Part shown: positions 1-8,684 of the stretch, in pieces
Position numbering within the stretch: the first letter of the stretch is position 1
How the letters are laid out: every line of letters begins with the position of its first letter
Origin: Methylotuvimicrobium sp. KM2
Lineage (GTDB): Bacteria > Pseudomonadota > Gammaproteobacteria > Methylococcales > Methylomonadaceae
Assembly (NCBI RefSeq): GCF_038051925.1
Contig: NZ_CP150634.1
Span: forward strand, 2,518,300 to 2,550,299
DNA length: 32,000 nt
Direction: 5' to 3'
Notes under the pieces: generated by a model
Databases searched by the model: none
What the model was told of the DNA's origin: nothing
What the model saw: the letters and a program-made list of their open reading frames with translations, nothing else
Position numbers and translations under genes: made by a program

Positions 1-456
1 TAGCGACATCCGAGAATTTGGCGCGTTTTCCGGGTCGTGATAAATCACTTCATTTGATTCAGAGTCTATACCAATAACAACTGAAACATGAGCGCCCGGA
101 GCCCACCATGACATCATTAAAGGTCCATATTCCTTAAGCATTTTTGCAAGCTGCCAATTTTTCCATTTTTTATCAGCCGGCTCAGGGATTTCTTCTAATC
201 CTTCATTCTGCATCATTTTTAGTTCAGCATCACCACCAATAGGAAAATGTCCGACATCTGTACCGTGTTTAAGTTTGTCTAGAGGGCGTTTAAATAATTC
301 CGGGTTACCTAACCGAGGGCCTGCTTCAAAATAAAAACCAACCATGCACAGACTGGCATACCAGCATCCAGTTGGATCATCTCTTCCGTGGTGTTTACCG
401 ATTTCTGCTCCAATACCAAGTTGTGTGACAAATGGAACATTTAGATAAAAAGACAT
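1..456 (-). CDS. Papain-like cysteine peptidase (C39/C70-like arrangement), 5' part only, continues past the window edge; candidate T6SS cargo effector
   Basis: Not in the supplied ORF track because there is no stop in the window. Hand translation of the minus strand from the ATG at 456-454 gives 152 codons without a stop: MSFYLNVPFVTQLGIGAEIGKHHGRDDPTGCWYASLCMVGFYF...WWAPGAHVSVVIGIDSESNEVIYHDPEN. The order VPxxxQ, then GCWYAS (putative nucleophile Cys), then H-V-S-V-V-I-G and H-D matches the Gln/Cys/His/Asp order of papain-fold peptidases. No obvious signal peptide. It starts 70 nt downstream of the clpV stop on the same strand. Confidence 0.55.
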   Translation of the reverse strand, partial: MSFYLNVPFVTQLGIGAEIGKHHGRDDPTGCWYASLCMVGFYFEAGPRLGNPELFKRPLDKLKHGTDVGHFPIGGDAELKMMQNEGLEEIPEPADKKWKNWQLAKMLKEYGPLMMSWWAPGAHVSVVIGIDSESNEVIYHDPENAPNSRMSL

Positions 457-526
457 AAGATACGCCCCTGTGTATTATTTGCATTAACGACTTTAAGAAA
501 CGAGCATTCTCAATAAGTAATTTGAT

Positions 527-3244
527 TCAAAACTCATAAACAAACTCTCCATCCGCCACACCGACATGCACCCTTTCAACTGTCTTCCCTTCCATCATCC
601 GCGTTAAAAACTCGGAGCTGATACTGGGCAAAACTGTATTGGTCAATATCGCGTCGATCATGCGCCCGCCGCTTTCGACTTCGGTACAGCGTTCGGCTAT
701 CAACTTGATGACATCCTCATCATAGGTAAACGGTACTTTATGACTTTCAACAATACGTTTTTCGATACGTTTTAACTGCAATTTCGCGATTGCGGCGATC
801 ATCTCGTCGCTTAACGGGTAATAGGGAATAACGACCAGACGGCCCAACAATGCCGGCGGAAAGACTTTTAGCAACGGTTCCCTCAAGGCTTTGGCAATGC
901 CTTCAGGCTCCGGCATTAAATCCGGGTCTTTACAGAGATTGGCGATCAGCTCGGTACCGGCATTGGTGGTCAAAAGAATCAGCGTATTTTTGAAATCGAT
1001 GACCCGGCCTTCGCCGTCTTCCATCCAGCCTTTATCGAAAACCTGGAAGAAAATTTCATGAACGTCCGGATGCGCTTTTTCGACTTCATCGAGCAATACA
1101 ACAGAATAAGGCCTGCGCCGGACCGCCTCGGTCAACACACCGCCTTCGCCGTATCCGACATAACCCGGAGGCGCACCTTTCAGCGTCGATACGGTATGGG
1201 CTTCCTGGTATTCGCTCATGTTGATTGTGATGACGTTCTGCTCGCCGCCGTACAAGGCTTCGGCCAAGGCTAGAGCGGTTTCGGTCTTGCCGACTCCCGA
1301 CGTGCCGGCCAACATGAACACGCCGATCGGTTTGTTCGGATTATCGAGACCCGCTCGCGAGGTTTGAATTCGCCGCGCTATCATATCCAACGCATGTCGT
1401 TGTCCGATGATTCGTTGCTCGATAGTATCGGCCAGATGAATAATGGTCTCGATTTCATTCTTGACCATTCGCCCGACTGGAATTCCGGTCCAATCGCCGA
1501 CGACGGAAGCCACGGTTTGAGCATCGACGCTCGGTAAAATCAAGGGTGATTCGCCTTGCAAATCATGCAATTGAGATAGCAAGTTTTTTAAATCCTCAAG
1601 CAGTCCATCGCGTGTATTCGATTCGGAATCGACTCCCGCAACTTCTTCAACCGCTTTTTCGAGTTTGCTTTCGGTCCCCTCGACTTTACCGCCTTGCTCT
1701 CGCAGTTTTTGACGAATATCTAAAATGTTTTTGACGAGTTCACGTTCGTTATTCCAGCGCTCTTCCAGCAATGCCAAACGATCTTTTTCGGCTTTCAGTT
1801 TTTCAAGAACAATCGTTTCGCGGTCTTTGATATCGACGCCGACCGACTTTTCTCTGCCGATGATCGCCAATTCGGTATCGAATCCGTTAATCCGTTTTCG
1901 GCAATCATCGACCGCGGCAGGAACGGCATGCTGACTGATGGCTACGCGTGCCGATGCGGTATCGAGCAAACTGACCGATTTATCGGGCAACTGTCTGGCG
2001 GGAATATATCGGTGAGACAACTTTACGGCAGCTTCTAGAGCCTCATCGAGTATTTGAACCTGATGGTGTTTTTCCATGACCGATGCGACACCTCGCATCA
2101 TCAAAATCGCTTTTTCTTCGCTGGGCTCCAGCACTTGCACGACTTGGAAGCGCCGCGTCAATGCCGGATCTTTTTCGATATGTTTCTTATATTCGGCCCA
2201 GGTCGTGGCCGCGACGGTTCTGAGCGTACCGCGCGCCAGCGCCGGTTTCAAAAGGTTCGCGGCATCGCCGGTGCCGGCTGCGCCGCCGGCGCCGACCAAG
2301 GTATGCGCTTCGTCGATGAACAAAATGATAGGTTTTTCGGATGATTGCACTTCCTCGATCACTTGACGCAAGCGGTTCTCGAATTCGCCTTTCATACTAG
2401 CGCCTGCCTGCAGCAAACCGACATCAAGCGTACGCAACGTGACATCCAGCAAGGACGGCGGCACGTCGCCGGCGACGATTTTCTGCGCGAAGCCTTCAAC
2501 GACGGCAGTTTTGCCGACGCCGGCCTCGCCAGTCAGTATCGGATTATTTTGACGGCGACGCATCAAGATGTCGATCACTTGACGTATTTCTTCATCGCGT
2601 CCGACGATCGGGTCCATCTTGCCTTGGCGCGCCTGCTCGGTTAAATCGACCGTGAATTGTTTCAAGGCTTCTTGTTTACCCATCTGAGCCGGCGACATCG
2701 CGCCGCTGGCTTCGCCCGGAACAGCACCTCCCCCGACTTGAAAACCGTCGCTTGAATGCAGCCCTTCTTCAGGCGAGCCGCTGACAATCTCCGCGAAACG
2801 TTCGGTTAAGGTATCCGGCTTGACTTTTCCGAATTCGTTGGAAATTTCCAGCAAGGCATGATTCAAACCCTTTGTTTTAAGAATACCGACAACCAAATGT
2901 CCCGAACGTACCTGCGATTCACCAAACATTAGGGTTCCGTATACCCATCCTCTCTCGACGGCTTCTTCGACATGCGACGATAAATCCGAAATCGATGTGG
3001 AGCCTCTTGGGAGGCGATCCAAAGATTCGGTAAAGTCGCGCGCCAATTTCGACGGGTCGAGATTGAATTGACGAATGATTTTATGGAGATCCGAGTCTTG
3101 CAACTGAAGAATCTGATGCAACCAATGCGTCAGTTCCACGTAAGGATTACCTCGCATTTTACAAAACACGGTCGCCCCCTCAATGGATTTGTAGCACACT
3201 TTATTCAGCTTACCGAATAATGCGACACGGCTGATATCGCCCAT
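527..3244 (-). CDS. tssH: T6SS AAA+ ATPase ClpV (TssH)
   Basis: 905 aa. ClpV-type N-domain (MGDISRVALFGKLNKVCYKSIEGATVFCKMRGNPYVELTHWLHQIL). Two AAA+ modules with Walker A GEAGVGKTA and GTSGVGKTE, Walker B ILFIDEAH and VVLLDEVEKAH. SD-like AGGAG upstream of the ATG. Sits after tssG as in canonical clusters. Confidence 0.95.
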   Translation of the reverse strand: MGDISRVALFGKLNKVCYKSIEGATVFCKMRGNPYVELTHWLHQILQLQDSDLHKIIRQFNLDPSKLARDFTESLDRLPRGSTSISDLSSHVEEAVERGWVYGTLMFGESQVRSGHLVVGILKTKGLNHALLEISNEFGKVKPDTLTERFAEIVSGSPEEGLHSSDGFQVGGGAVPGEASGAMSPAQMGKQEALKQFTVDLTEQARQGKMDPIVGRDEEIRQVIDILMRRRQNNPILTGEAGVGKTAVVEGFAQKIVAGDVPPSLLDVTLRTLDVGLLQAGASMKGEFENRLRQVIEEVQSSEKPIILFIDEAHTLVGAGGAAGTGDAANLLKPALARGTLRTVAATTWAEYKKHIEKDPALTRRFQVVQVLEPSEEKAILMMRGVASVMEKHHQVQILDEALEAAVKLSHRYIPARQLPDKSVSLLDTASARVAISQHAVPAAVDDCRKRINGFDTELAIIGREKSVGVDIKDRETIVLEKLKAEKDRLALLEERWNNERELVKNILDIRQKLREQGGKVEGTESKLEKAVEEVAGVDSESNTRDGLLEDLKNLLSQLHDLQGESPLILPSVDAQTVASVVGDWTGIPVGRMVKNEIETIIHLADTIEQRIIGQRHALDMIARRIQTSRAGLDNPNKPIGVFMLAGTSGVGKTETALALAEALYGGEQNVITINMSEYQEAHTVSTLKGAPPGYVGYGEGGVLTEAVRRRPYSVVLLDEVEKAHPDVHEIFFQVFDKGWMEDGEGRVIDFKNTLILLTTNAGTELIANLCKDPDLMPEPEGIAKALREPLLKVFPPALLGRLVVIPYYPLSDEMIAAIAKLQLKRIEKRIVESHKVPFTYDEDVIKLIAERCTEVESGGRMIDAILTNTVLPSISSEFLTRMMEGKTVERVHVGVADGEFVYEF

Positions 3245-3282
3245 AACTCACTCCTAAAATAATTGTCAAAATGTCCCGTATA

Positions 3283-3442
3283 TATACCTTTCGCACTTCA
3301 AATTTCGGCAGTGCCTGAGGAGGCGCCTGGGTGTCTGATAAAGGCTTTGCCAGCATGGAGCTGGCATAGAGCCTGCATGGACGTATTCACGGCGTCCTTT
3401 AGCAGACACCCAGGGGCCGAATTTTGATCTGCGATGGGTATA
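3283..3442. repeat. Family-2 long palindromic element (TATACC...GGTATA termini), inverted orientation relative to the copies at 7776 and 22882
   Basis: tatacctttcgcacttcaaatttcggcagtgcctgaggaggcgcc ... cccaggggccgaattttgatctgcgatgggtata. The termini are reverse complements of the termini of the 22882-23016 copy. The core agcctgcatggacgtattcacggcgtcc (3370-3397) is the reverse complement of the shared core. Lies between the tssG stop and the clpV start. Confidence 0.85.
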
Positions 3443-3470
3443 CATTCACACTTCAAATTTCGCCAATGCC
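3443..3470. repeat. Solo extra terminal arm of the family-2 element
   Basis: cattcacacttcaaatttcgccaatgcc matches ctttcgcacttcaaatttcggcagtgcc (3289-3316) at about 24 of 28 positions and directly abuts the full copy. Confidence 0.6.
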
Positions 3471-3528
3471 AAGACGCTAATTCCGCTCACGACTTACTGC
3501 TCACTACTCACAAATTTAGATCAACGCA

Positions 3529-4545
3529 TTACCGTATCGGATTCAGCAACAGATCGTTCGCATCTTCGGTGCTGCGCCGCTCACCAAGCCAGCTTGTCCA
3601 ACCCAGTCGCGTGCCGCCGTCCAATTGGCTCATCGGTACCTCGTCATTTTTCAAGATTAGATTGACATCCCAATCAAACTCAAAGCCGCTGTAGTTTCGT
3701 ACGATCGCAATCAGTTTTTCCAGTCGCTGACCTGAAGGCAGCAAACTGTCATACTCTGTTAGGGTCAAAGGGCCGAACAGAATTCGGAATTTATGCTGAC
3801 AACTCCAAACTCGGGAGCCCAATACGACAGACTCGCCTAATCTACCGGTTTGGGTCGATTCACCTAATCGGGTCAAATCCTCGGTTTCAATGTGTAACCA
3901 TTCACCGATGAACTCATTGAGTCGCACCGGTAATTTATAGAAATCGGCCAGGATAGCGATTAGCCCGTCGGCATTTTTTGCCTGATTCGCTAAATGACCT
4001 ATGTAATGAAACTTGGCCAGATCCGGCATCGCATCGCGATCTTGAAACTCCTTATCACCGATCCCGGCTAACGCTCCTAAATAATCGCCGAACCGGTCTT
4101 CATCGGGCCGGTCGAAACTGTAGGCAGGTTCGGCATCCGCTTTGGCGCGATAGAACAATGCAACCATCCGGTGGTGAAAAATATCGCCAAAACGGGCCAA
4201 AGTATGATCATGAAAATTATGCTCCCGGCTTCGCACATATTCGGTCAGATGCAAAGGCATCGGACCGTTGGGTCCGAACAGTCCTAAAAAACGCTGAGTC
4301 AATCGGGCCGGCTTCCCATCGTGAGCTGCTATAAATTGACTCAATGTCGACGACTCAAATGCCATGGAGACTTCTTGACCAAACCTTACCGCGTCGTCTA
4401 CGGGTCGACTGGATTGTCCTATCAGAGGTTTATTGTCATGGCTACATTCAATCAACCGTAAGGCATGAAAAAAATCGTATTGATGCGGCTGTTCGAGTAA
4501 ACCTTCGATTAAATCGTTTTTCTTCGACCTATTCTCGCCGGCCAT
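3529..4545 (-). CDS. tssG: T6SS baseplate subunit TssG
   Basis: 338 aa. N-terminal HQYDFFHALRLIE motif typical of TssG. Overlaps the tssF stop by 37 nt and follows tssF in the canonical tssE-F-G order. Confidence 0.9.
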   Translation of the reverse strand: MAGENRSKKNDLIEGLLEQPHQYDFFHALRLIECSHDNKPLIGQSSRPVDDAVRFGQEVSMAFESSTLSQFIAAHDGKPARLTQRFLGLFGPNGPMPLHLTEYVRSREHNFHDHTLARFGDIFHHRMVALFYRAKADAEPAYSFDRPDEDRFGDYLGALAGIGDKEFQDRDAMPDLAKFHYIGHLANQAKNADGLIAILADFYKLPVRLNEFIGEWLHIETEDLTRLGESTQTGRLGESVVLGSRVWSCQHKFRILFGPLTLTEYDSLLPSGQRLEKLIAIVRNYSGFEFDWDVNLILKNDEVPMSQLDGGTRLGWTSWLGERRSTEDANDLLLNPIR

Positions 4546-6389
4546 CTGATGATTTCTCCACGATCCGTGGACTTGACCACGGTTTCGGTAAACGAGTTAA
4601 TTGAAACATAGCGGGCTAAAAAATTTTCCAGCACTGCTCCCATCAAGAAGACCCCGCTGCCTTCAAAAGCGGACTCTTCGAAGTTCAAGGTTATTTCTAA
4701 GCCGCGCCCAAAAACGATGGGACCGGCCGTATTGATCCGCCTAACGATATCTTTCGCTTGAATCGACAACAATCCCTCGATCTGATTAGTAATAGCGGCG
4801 ACATTGTATTCGCTATATAACCTCAATAAACTTCTCAGAGCGACGGCACCTTCTTTGTCATTACGGTCGATTATACTTAAATAGTTCATCGACAAATGAT
4901 TGATTAAACTCCAATTGACATTGCCATAGGCGGTCGATGCCCGAGGTTTAGTAGGGCCTGAAAGGCAACGAATGCTTTGGACCGGCGCGCCCTTCTGCAT
5001 CGTGAAATCGGTTTTTCCGCCGCCCAGCGGCATCAGCAACGGTAAATCTCGATTACTACAAAGCGCCTTGATTGATAGCTGTTTAAGGTCTTTACCGTAA
5101 GGTGCCGATTGCCCGTCGACCAGCGAAATAAACGTCTCATTGCCGATATAACTCGATCTCGGCCCTTGACGTTTTTGTTTCGACGAAGCTATCCGTTGTT
5201 GCCGATGTAACGAATAATAAGCGGGCCGGACGTCATGACTTCGTTCGTCGCTGTATCGATAAAACGGCTGAAATTCCTTTTTTTCATTGACGCCCCCGCT
5301 CCCAATGCCAATGACTTCTTTGACTTGGCAAATTTCAAAGTCCATAGGTCTGGAGCGGTCCGGAATGATATGAAATTCGGACGACTTATGATCGATATAA
5401 ATAGGGTCCGCATGCTTGGGAAACAAATTGATAGCCGGTGTACAAAACAACGCAAATTGAGATCTATCGACGGCATTAATAAGTTTTGCGTGACTTCGTT
5501 TTAGTAGAACGATTAAATCCATCTCTTCGGCGTCGCACTGATTCAACGCTTGATCGAAACCTGTGAATTCCGCAAACATAAAGCGTTCCGGAAAGGCAAA
5601 GTATTCTTGCAGAAGACGGTACCCCTGGAAAGATCGAGGCGAATAATTGAACAAGGCTTCTTCATCGGAAAAGCCGATTCGGTTTATCGCATTATCTTTG
5701 ACTAAATGTTGCCAGCGATAAGGTTTTTCTGTCGGCTGCATGCAAACGGCTAACGAATCGCCAATCAATTGTTCATACAAGTGCATCGGCAATTCGCCAT
5801 GCCCTCGTAAAAAAACGGGTAAGGAATCCAGCTTTAACTCATTGAATTTCAAACCTGCCGTGGTTTTCAGCCGGATGCGAATCGCGGCTTTCACCCCGCT
5901 CAGATTATGTGAGCAGAGGTTTGCCACGGCACCAAGATTGGGCAGATATTCCGCCTCGTGGATTTGCAAAGGCCAGAGTTTTATTTCGTGCGCGGTGCGA
6001 TATTCGCAGGGAGTTTGTTCGCCTTTAGTCGTCTGGCTGCGTAGGGCGGTTGCTCTTTCTATCGTAAAACCTTCATTTAACGAACCTTCCGTTAAATCGG
6101 GTTGAAATTGCACGACGGCCACCGACGGAGTCGGCTCGAGATAATTCGGGTATATCATTTCCAGCAAATGCTGGGTAAATCGCGGAAACTCGGCATCGAG
6201 CTTCAATTGGACGCGTGCCGCTAAAAAGGCAAAACCTTCCAATAATCTTTCGACATAAGGATCTGCGCATTCAAAGCTATCCATGCCCAAGCGCGCTGCA
6301 ATCTTGGGAAATTCGACGGCAAATTCGCCGCCCATTTCCCTCAAATGGTGCAGCTCCGTGTTGTAATAGCGCAATAATTTCGGGTCCAT
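4509..6389 (-). CDS. tssF: T6SS baseplate subunit TssF
   Basis: 626 aa. N-terminus MDPKLLRYYNTELHHLREMGGEFAVEFPKIAARLG is the characteristic TssF start. Position between tssE and tssG. Confidence 0.93.
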   Translation of the reverse strand: MDPKLLRYYNTELHHLREMGGEFAVEFPKIAARLGMDSFECADPYVERLLEGFAFLAARVQLKLDAEFPRFTQHLLEMIYPNYLEPTPSVAVVQFQPDLTEGSLNEGFTIERATALRSQTTKGEQTPCEYRTAHEIKLWPLQIHEAEYLPNLGAVANLCSHNLSGVKAAIRIRLKTTAGLKFNELKLDSLPVFLRGHGELPMHLYEQLIGDSLAVCMQPTEKPYRWQHLVKDNAINRIGFSDEEALFNYSPRSFQGYRLLQEYFAFPERFMFAEFTGFDQALNQCDAEEMDLIVLLKRSHAKLINAVDRSQFALFCTPAINLFPKHADPIYIDHKSSEFHIIPDRSRPMDFEICQVKEVIGIGSGGVNEKKEFQPFYRYSDERSHDVRPAYYSLHRQQRIASSKQKRQGPRSSYIGNETFISLVDGQSAPYGKDLKQLSIKALCSNRDLPLLMPLGGGKTDFTMQKGAPVQSIRCLSGPTKPRASTAYGNVNWSLINHLSMNYLSIIDRNDKEGAVALRSLLRLYSEYNVAAITNQIEGLLSIQAKDIVRRINTAGPIVFGRGLEITLNFEESAFEGSGVFLMGAVLENFLARYVSINSFTETVVKSTDRGEIIRWPARIGRRKTI

Positions 6390-6392
6390 GCC

Positions 6393-6893
6393 TTAGCCGC
6401 CCATGTCACGTAGATTCACGTCGCCGGTCAATACATCGATCTCAGTCCGTAAATAAAGATGTATCGGAAGGGGCTGCGCCCAAAGATTGGCTTCGATGTC
6501 GAAGCTGATAGCTTGCTGATTCATGACATCCGCCGACAATACTTTGACTGTCAAACTATGAGGTAAAATACGCGGCTCAAAGACGGTAATGGCTTGCTTA
6601 AGTTTTTTTTCGATATCGGTTAAATCCGCGCCGACTACGGAAGTCCCCGCCAGATTTTGTATGCCGAAATTGATAACCGACTGAGCGACTTCCGGATAAT
6701 CCGTTAAATCGGCAACGGACTCGAACGAATCGGCATTCAATAGCCAGGAAACGTCGCGCAGAACCGACTGCCTCAATTTCTGCATCGATAACACCCGCTT
6801 ATCTCTGGATTCAACCTGAGTGTTCGGCTCATCATCCGTCAATCGATCGAGTAACGAGGGTTGGAGGCGTTCTTTTTGGGTTAGTTCGGCCAT
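6393..6893 (-). CDS. tssE: T6SS baseplate subunit TssE (gp25/GPW-like)
   Basis: 166 aa. LQPSLLDRLTDDEP and SVLRDVSWLLN motifs typical of gp25-like TssE. The stop lies 3 nt upstream of the tssF start. Confidence 0.9.
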   Translation of the reverse strand: MAELTQKERLQPSLLDRLTDDEPNTQVESRDKRVLSMQKLRQSVLRDVSWLLNADSFESVADLTDYPEVAQSVINFGIQNLAGTSVVGADLTDIEKKLKQAITVFEPRILPHSLTVKVLSADVMNQQAISFDIEANLWAQPLPIHLYLRTEIDVLTGDVNLRDMGG

Positions 6894-6896
6894 GAC

Positions 6897-7700
6897 TTAT
6901 GTGTTATCAGTGCCATCAAAACTAATTTCACGGACATCCATCAAGGCATAATCATTGTGATTAGTGCTTAATAAGCGCTGTCCCAGACCGATGAACAGCC
7001 CTTCATGCGGCTCTTGCCATTCAGTCTTGCGCGCCAGTTGAATAGCCGCATCCGGATTAGTTTCGGAGTTGACATAACGTGTCGGAATAAATCCGACCGC
7101 TTCGCCGCCATTTTGCCAAGCAAAATGCACAGGCATCCAAACTAAATCACGCAGGTCTTCGGGCAATTCTATTTGGATAGTTTTGATATGCTGAAAGGGA
7201 ACCCAATAATATTGTCCATTGATGATGGCTTCGAGCATGGGGCCGAGCCGGACATCGGCATCCGCCAACCAGTCAAAACGCTCGCCGTCAATCGAACCGG
7301 CAGTTGCCGGAGCACTGTCGAAGGCTTGATTGCGCAGGTTTTGAGCTTCCTGGTATTTTTCTTGCGCTGTGAGGTTAAGGGCTTGCAACAACAAAGCCAT
7401 CCATTGTTGAGGCTCGCCGAAAATCAACGGTGTTTTTAAGCCTAAGAAAACTTCTTTACGCAATACTTCGCAACGAAGCGCCTCACGATAGGTTTGTACC
7501 ATCGCCAGAGTTGCAGCATCCATTTCAGCCAAGACATTGAGTTGGGTCAACGCTCTTTCCCATTGACCTAAAACCGATAATAACTGAAAGAGGAAAATTC
7601 TATTTTTGATATTGGCCGGATCTTTTCTTAGGGCCTGTTGAATATCGGCCAATGCTTGTTCCAGATTGCCGTCTTTCAATGCTTGTTCACTGTTTAACAT
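6897..7700 (-). CDS. tagJ: T6SS accessory protein TagJ (ImpE family, TPR-like N-domain)
   Basis: The track ORF runs 6897-7793, but its first 31 codons run into and partly overlap the repeat at 7776-8002. The ATG at 7700-7698 gives MLNSEQALKDGNLEQALADIQQALRKDPANIKNRIFLFQLLSVLGQWERA, an ImpE-like N-terminus. Position between hcp and tssE as in H1-type clusters. Confidence 0.8.
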   Translation of the reverse strand: MLNSEQALKDGNLEQALADIQQALRKDPANIKNRIFLFQLLSVLGQWERALTQLNVLAEMDAATLAMVQTYREALRCEVLRKEVFLGLKTPLIFGEPQQWMALLLQALNLTAQEKYQEAQNLRNQAFDSAPATAGSIDGERFDWLADADVRLGPMLEAIINGQYYWVPFQHIKTIQIELPEDLRDLVWMPVHFAWQNGGEAVGFIPTRYVNSETNPDAAIQLARKTEWQEPHEGLFIGLGQRLLSTNHNDYALMDVREISFDGTDNT

Positions 7701-7775
7701 GTATCGGTCCTCGGCTAGCGTCAATCCGTATCGATAAAAAATGGGCGGCATAAACCGCCCATTCGAAAGGATGAG

Positions 7776-8002
7776 ATACCCTTCGTAGATCAAAATTCGG
7801 CGCCAGGGTGCCCGTCAAAGGACGCCGTAAACCCAGCCCTAAATTATCCAAGTTAGCTAACCATAGTCAGTGAGCTATGGAATTTAGGTGCTGGGTAAAT
7901 ACATCCATGTAGGCTCTATGCCAGCTCCATGCTGGCAAAGCCTTTGACGAGCACCCTGGCGCCTCCTTAGGCATTACCGAAATTTGAGGTGCGAAAGGTA
8001 TA
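7776..8002. repeat. Family-2 long palindromic element carrying a nested ~66-nt palindromic insertion
   Basis: The termini atacccttcgtagatcaaaattcggc ... gccgaaatttgaggtgcgaaaggtata can pair with each other. The shared core is split: ggacgccgt | aaacccagccctaaatt...aatttaggtgctgggt | aaatacatccatgtaggct. Lies between the hcp stop and the tagJ start. Confidence 0.85.
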
Positions 8003-8076
8003 ACTCCTTTAATTCATTCGCCTAGCTGAACGTTCAAAAAACACTACAACCACTATTCAGCCAGAACGGGGAGTTA

Positions 8077-8568
8077 TCAGATTTTATTTTTGGCTTTATT
8101 GGTTTTTAAATCATAACCTTTAGCTTCACCTTTTTTGACAGTGCCGCCTTCTTCGAATTGGTTATATTGTAATGTGATACCAACATAGTTGATGGAAAAG
8201 GATTCATTCGGCCTTTCACCTCCACTGCTCATGCTATAGCTGCTGATCAGCGGTTTTTCTAAAATAATTTCCACAAACTCTTGTCCGGAAACGTCTTTTC
8301 CGCCTGTTTGAATAAAATGAAAAGTGGCTTTATCCAGTGTTTTACCGCATGCCGCTTCCTGCATTAATTGAGCAGAGGCAATATCCATACTTTTAGTGCA
8401 TGTAACTTCGGAAAAGGATGGGTTACTGGTGTCACGGTCGGCGCCGGTTCCGCTAGAGCTAACGGCGCGCCCGGTCCCCCATTGCACTGAGTCTATGGTT
8501 ATCCAACCATCATGCTTATCGACTTTGGAATCGCCTTTCAATTCAGGTTCAAATTTTAATAAGATCAT
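8077..8568 (-). CDS. hcp: T6SS tube protein Hcp (TssD)
   Basis: 163 aa. ILLKFEPELKGDSKVDKHDGWITIDSVQWG matches the Hcp N-terminal signature (KGES/D...H...I...S..WG). Immediately downstream of tssBC. Confidence 0.9.
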   Translation of the reverse strand: MILLKFEPELKGDSKVDKHDGWITIDSVQWGTGRAVSSSGTGADRDTSNPSFSEVTCTKSMDIASAQLMQEAACGKTLDKATFHFIQTGGKDVSGQEFVEIILEKPLISSYSMSSGGERPNESFSINYVGITLQYNQFEEGGTVKKGEAKGYDLKTNKAKNKI

Positions 8569-8684
8569 TGTTTATCCTCATAATTTACAGAAATAAAATT
8601 ACAAACTGCTGATGAATAATTTCAAAGGGGATTTAACTATTTTCCAAGAGAGTTTATCTATCGCTTAACCCCCTCTTACAATCA

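Noticed and set aside
3434-3694. 86-aa plus-strand ORF spanning the repeat and the 3' end of tssG.
   Set aside because: It starts inside the palindromic element and runs antisense to tssG, with no coding features.
5189-5504. Overlapping ORFs 5189-5476 (minus) and 5235-5504 (plus) inside tssF.
   Set aside because: Both are alternative-frame or antisense ORFs within a well-supported TssF coding region and have no motifs of their own.
7701-7793. N-terminal 31-codon extension of the tagJ ORF (the track start at 7793).
   Set aside because: The extension (MIYEGYLILSNGRFMPPIFYRYGLTLAEDRY) runs into the left arm of the family-2 repeat, which starts at 7776. The ImpE-like sequence begins at the internal ATG at 7700, so I treat the longer ORF as a read-through artefact.
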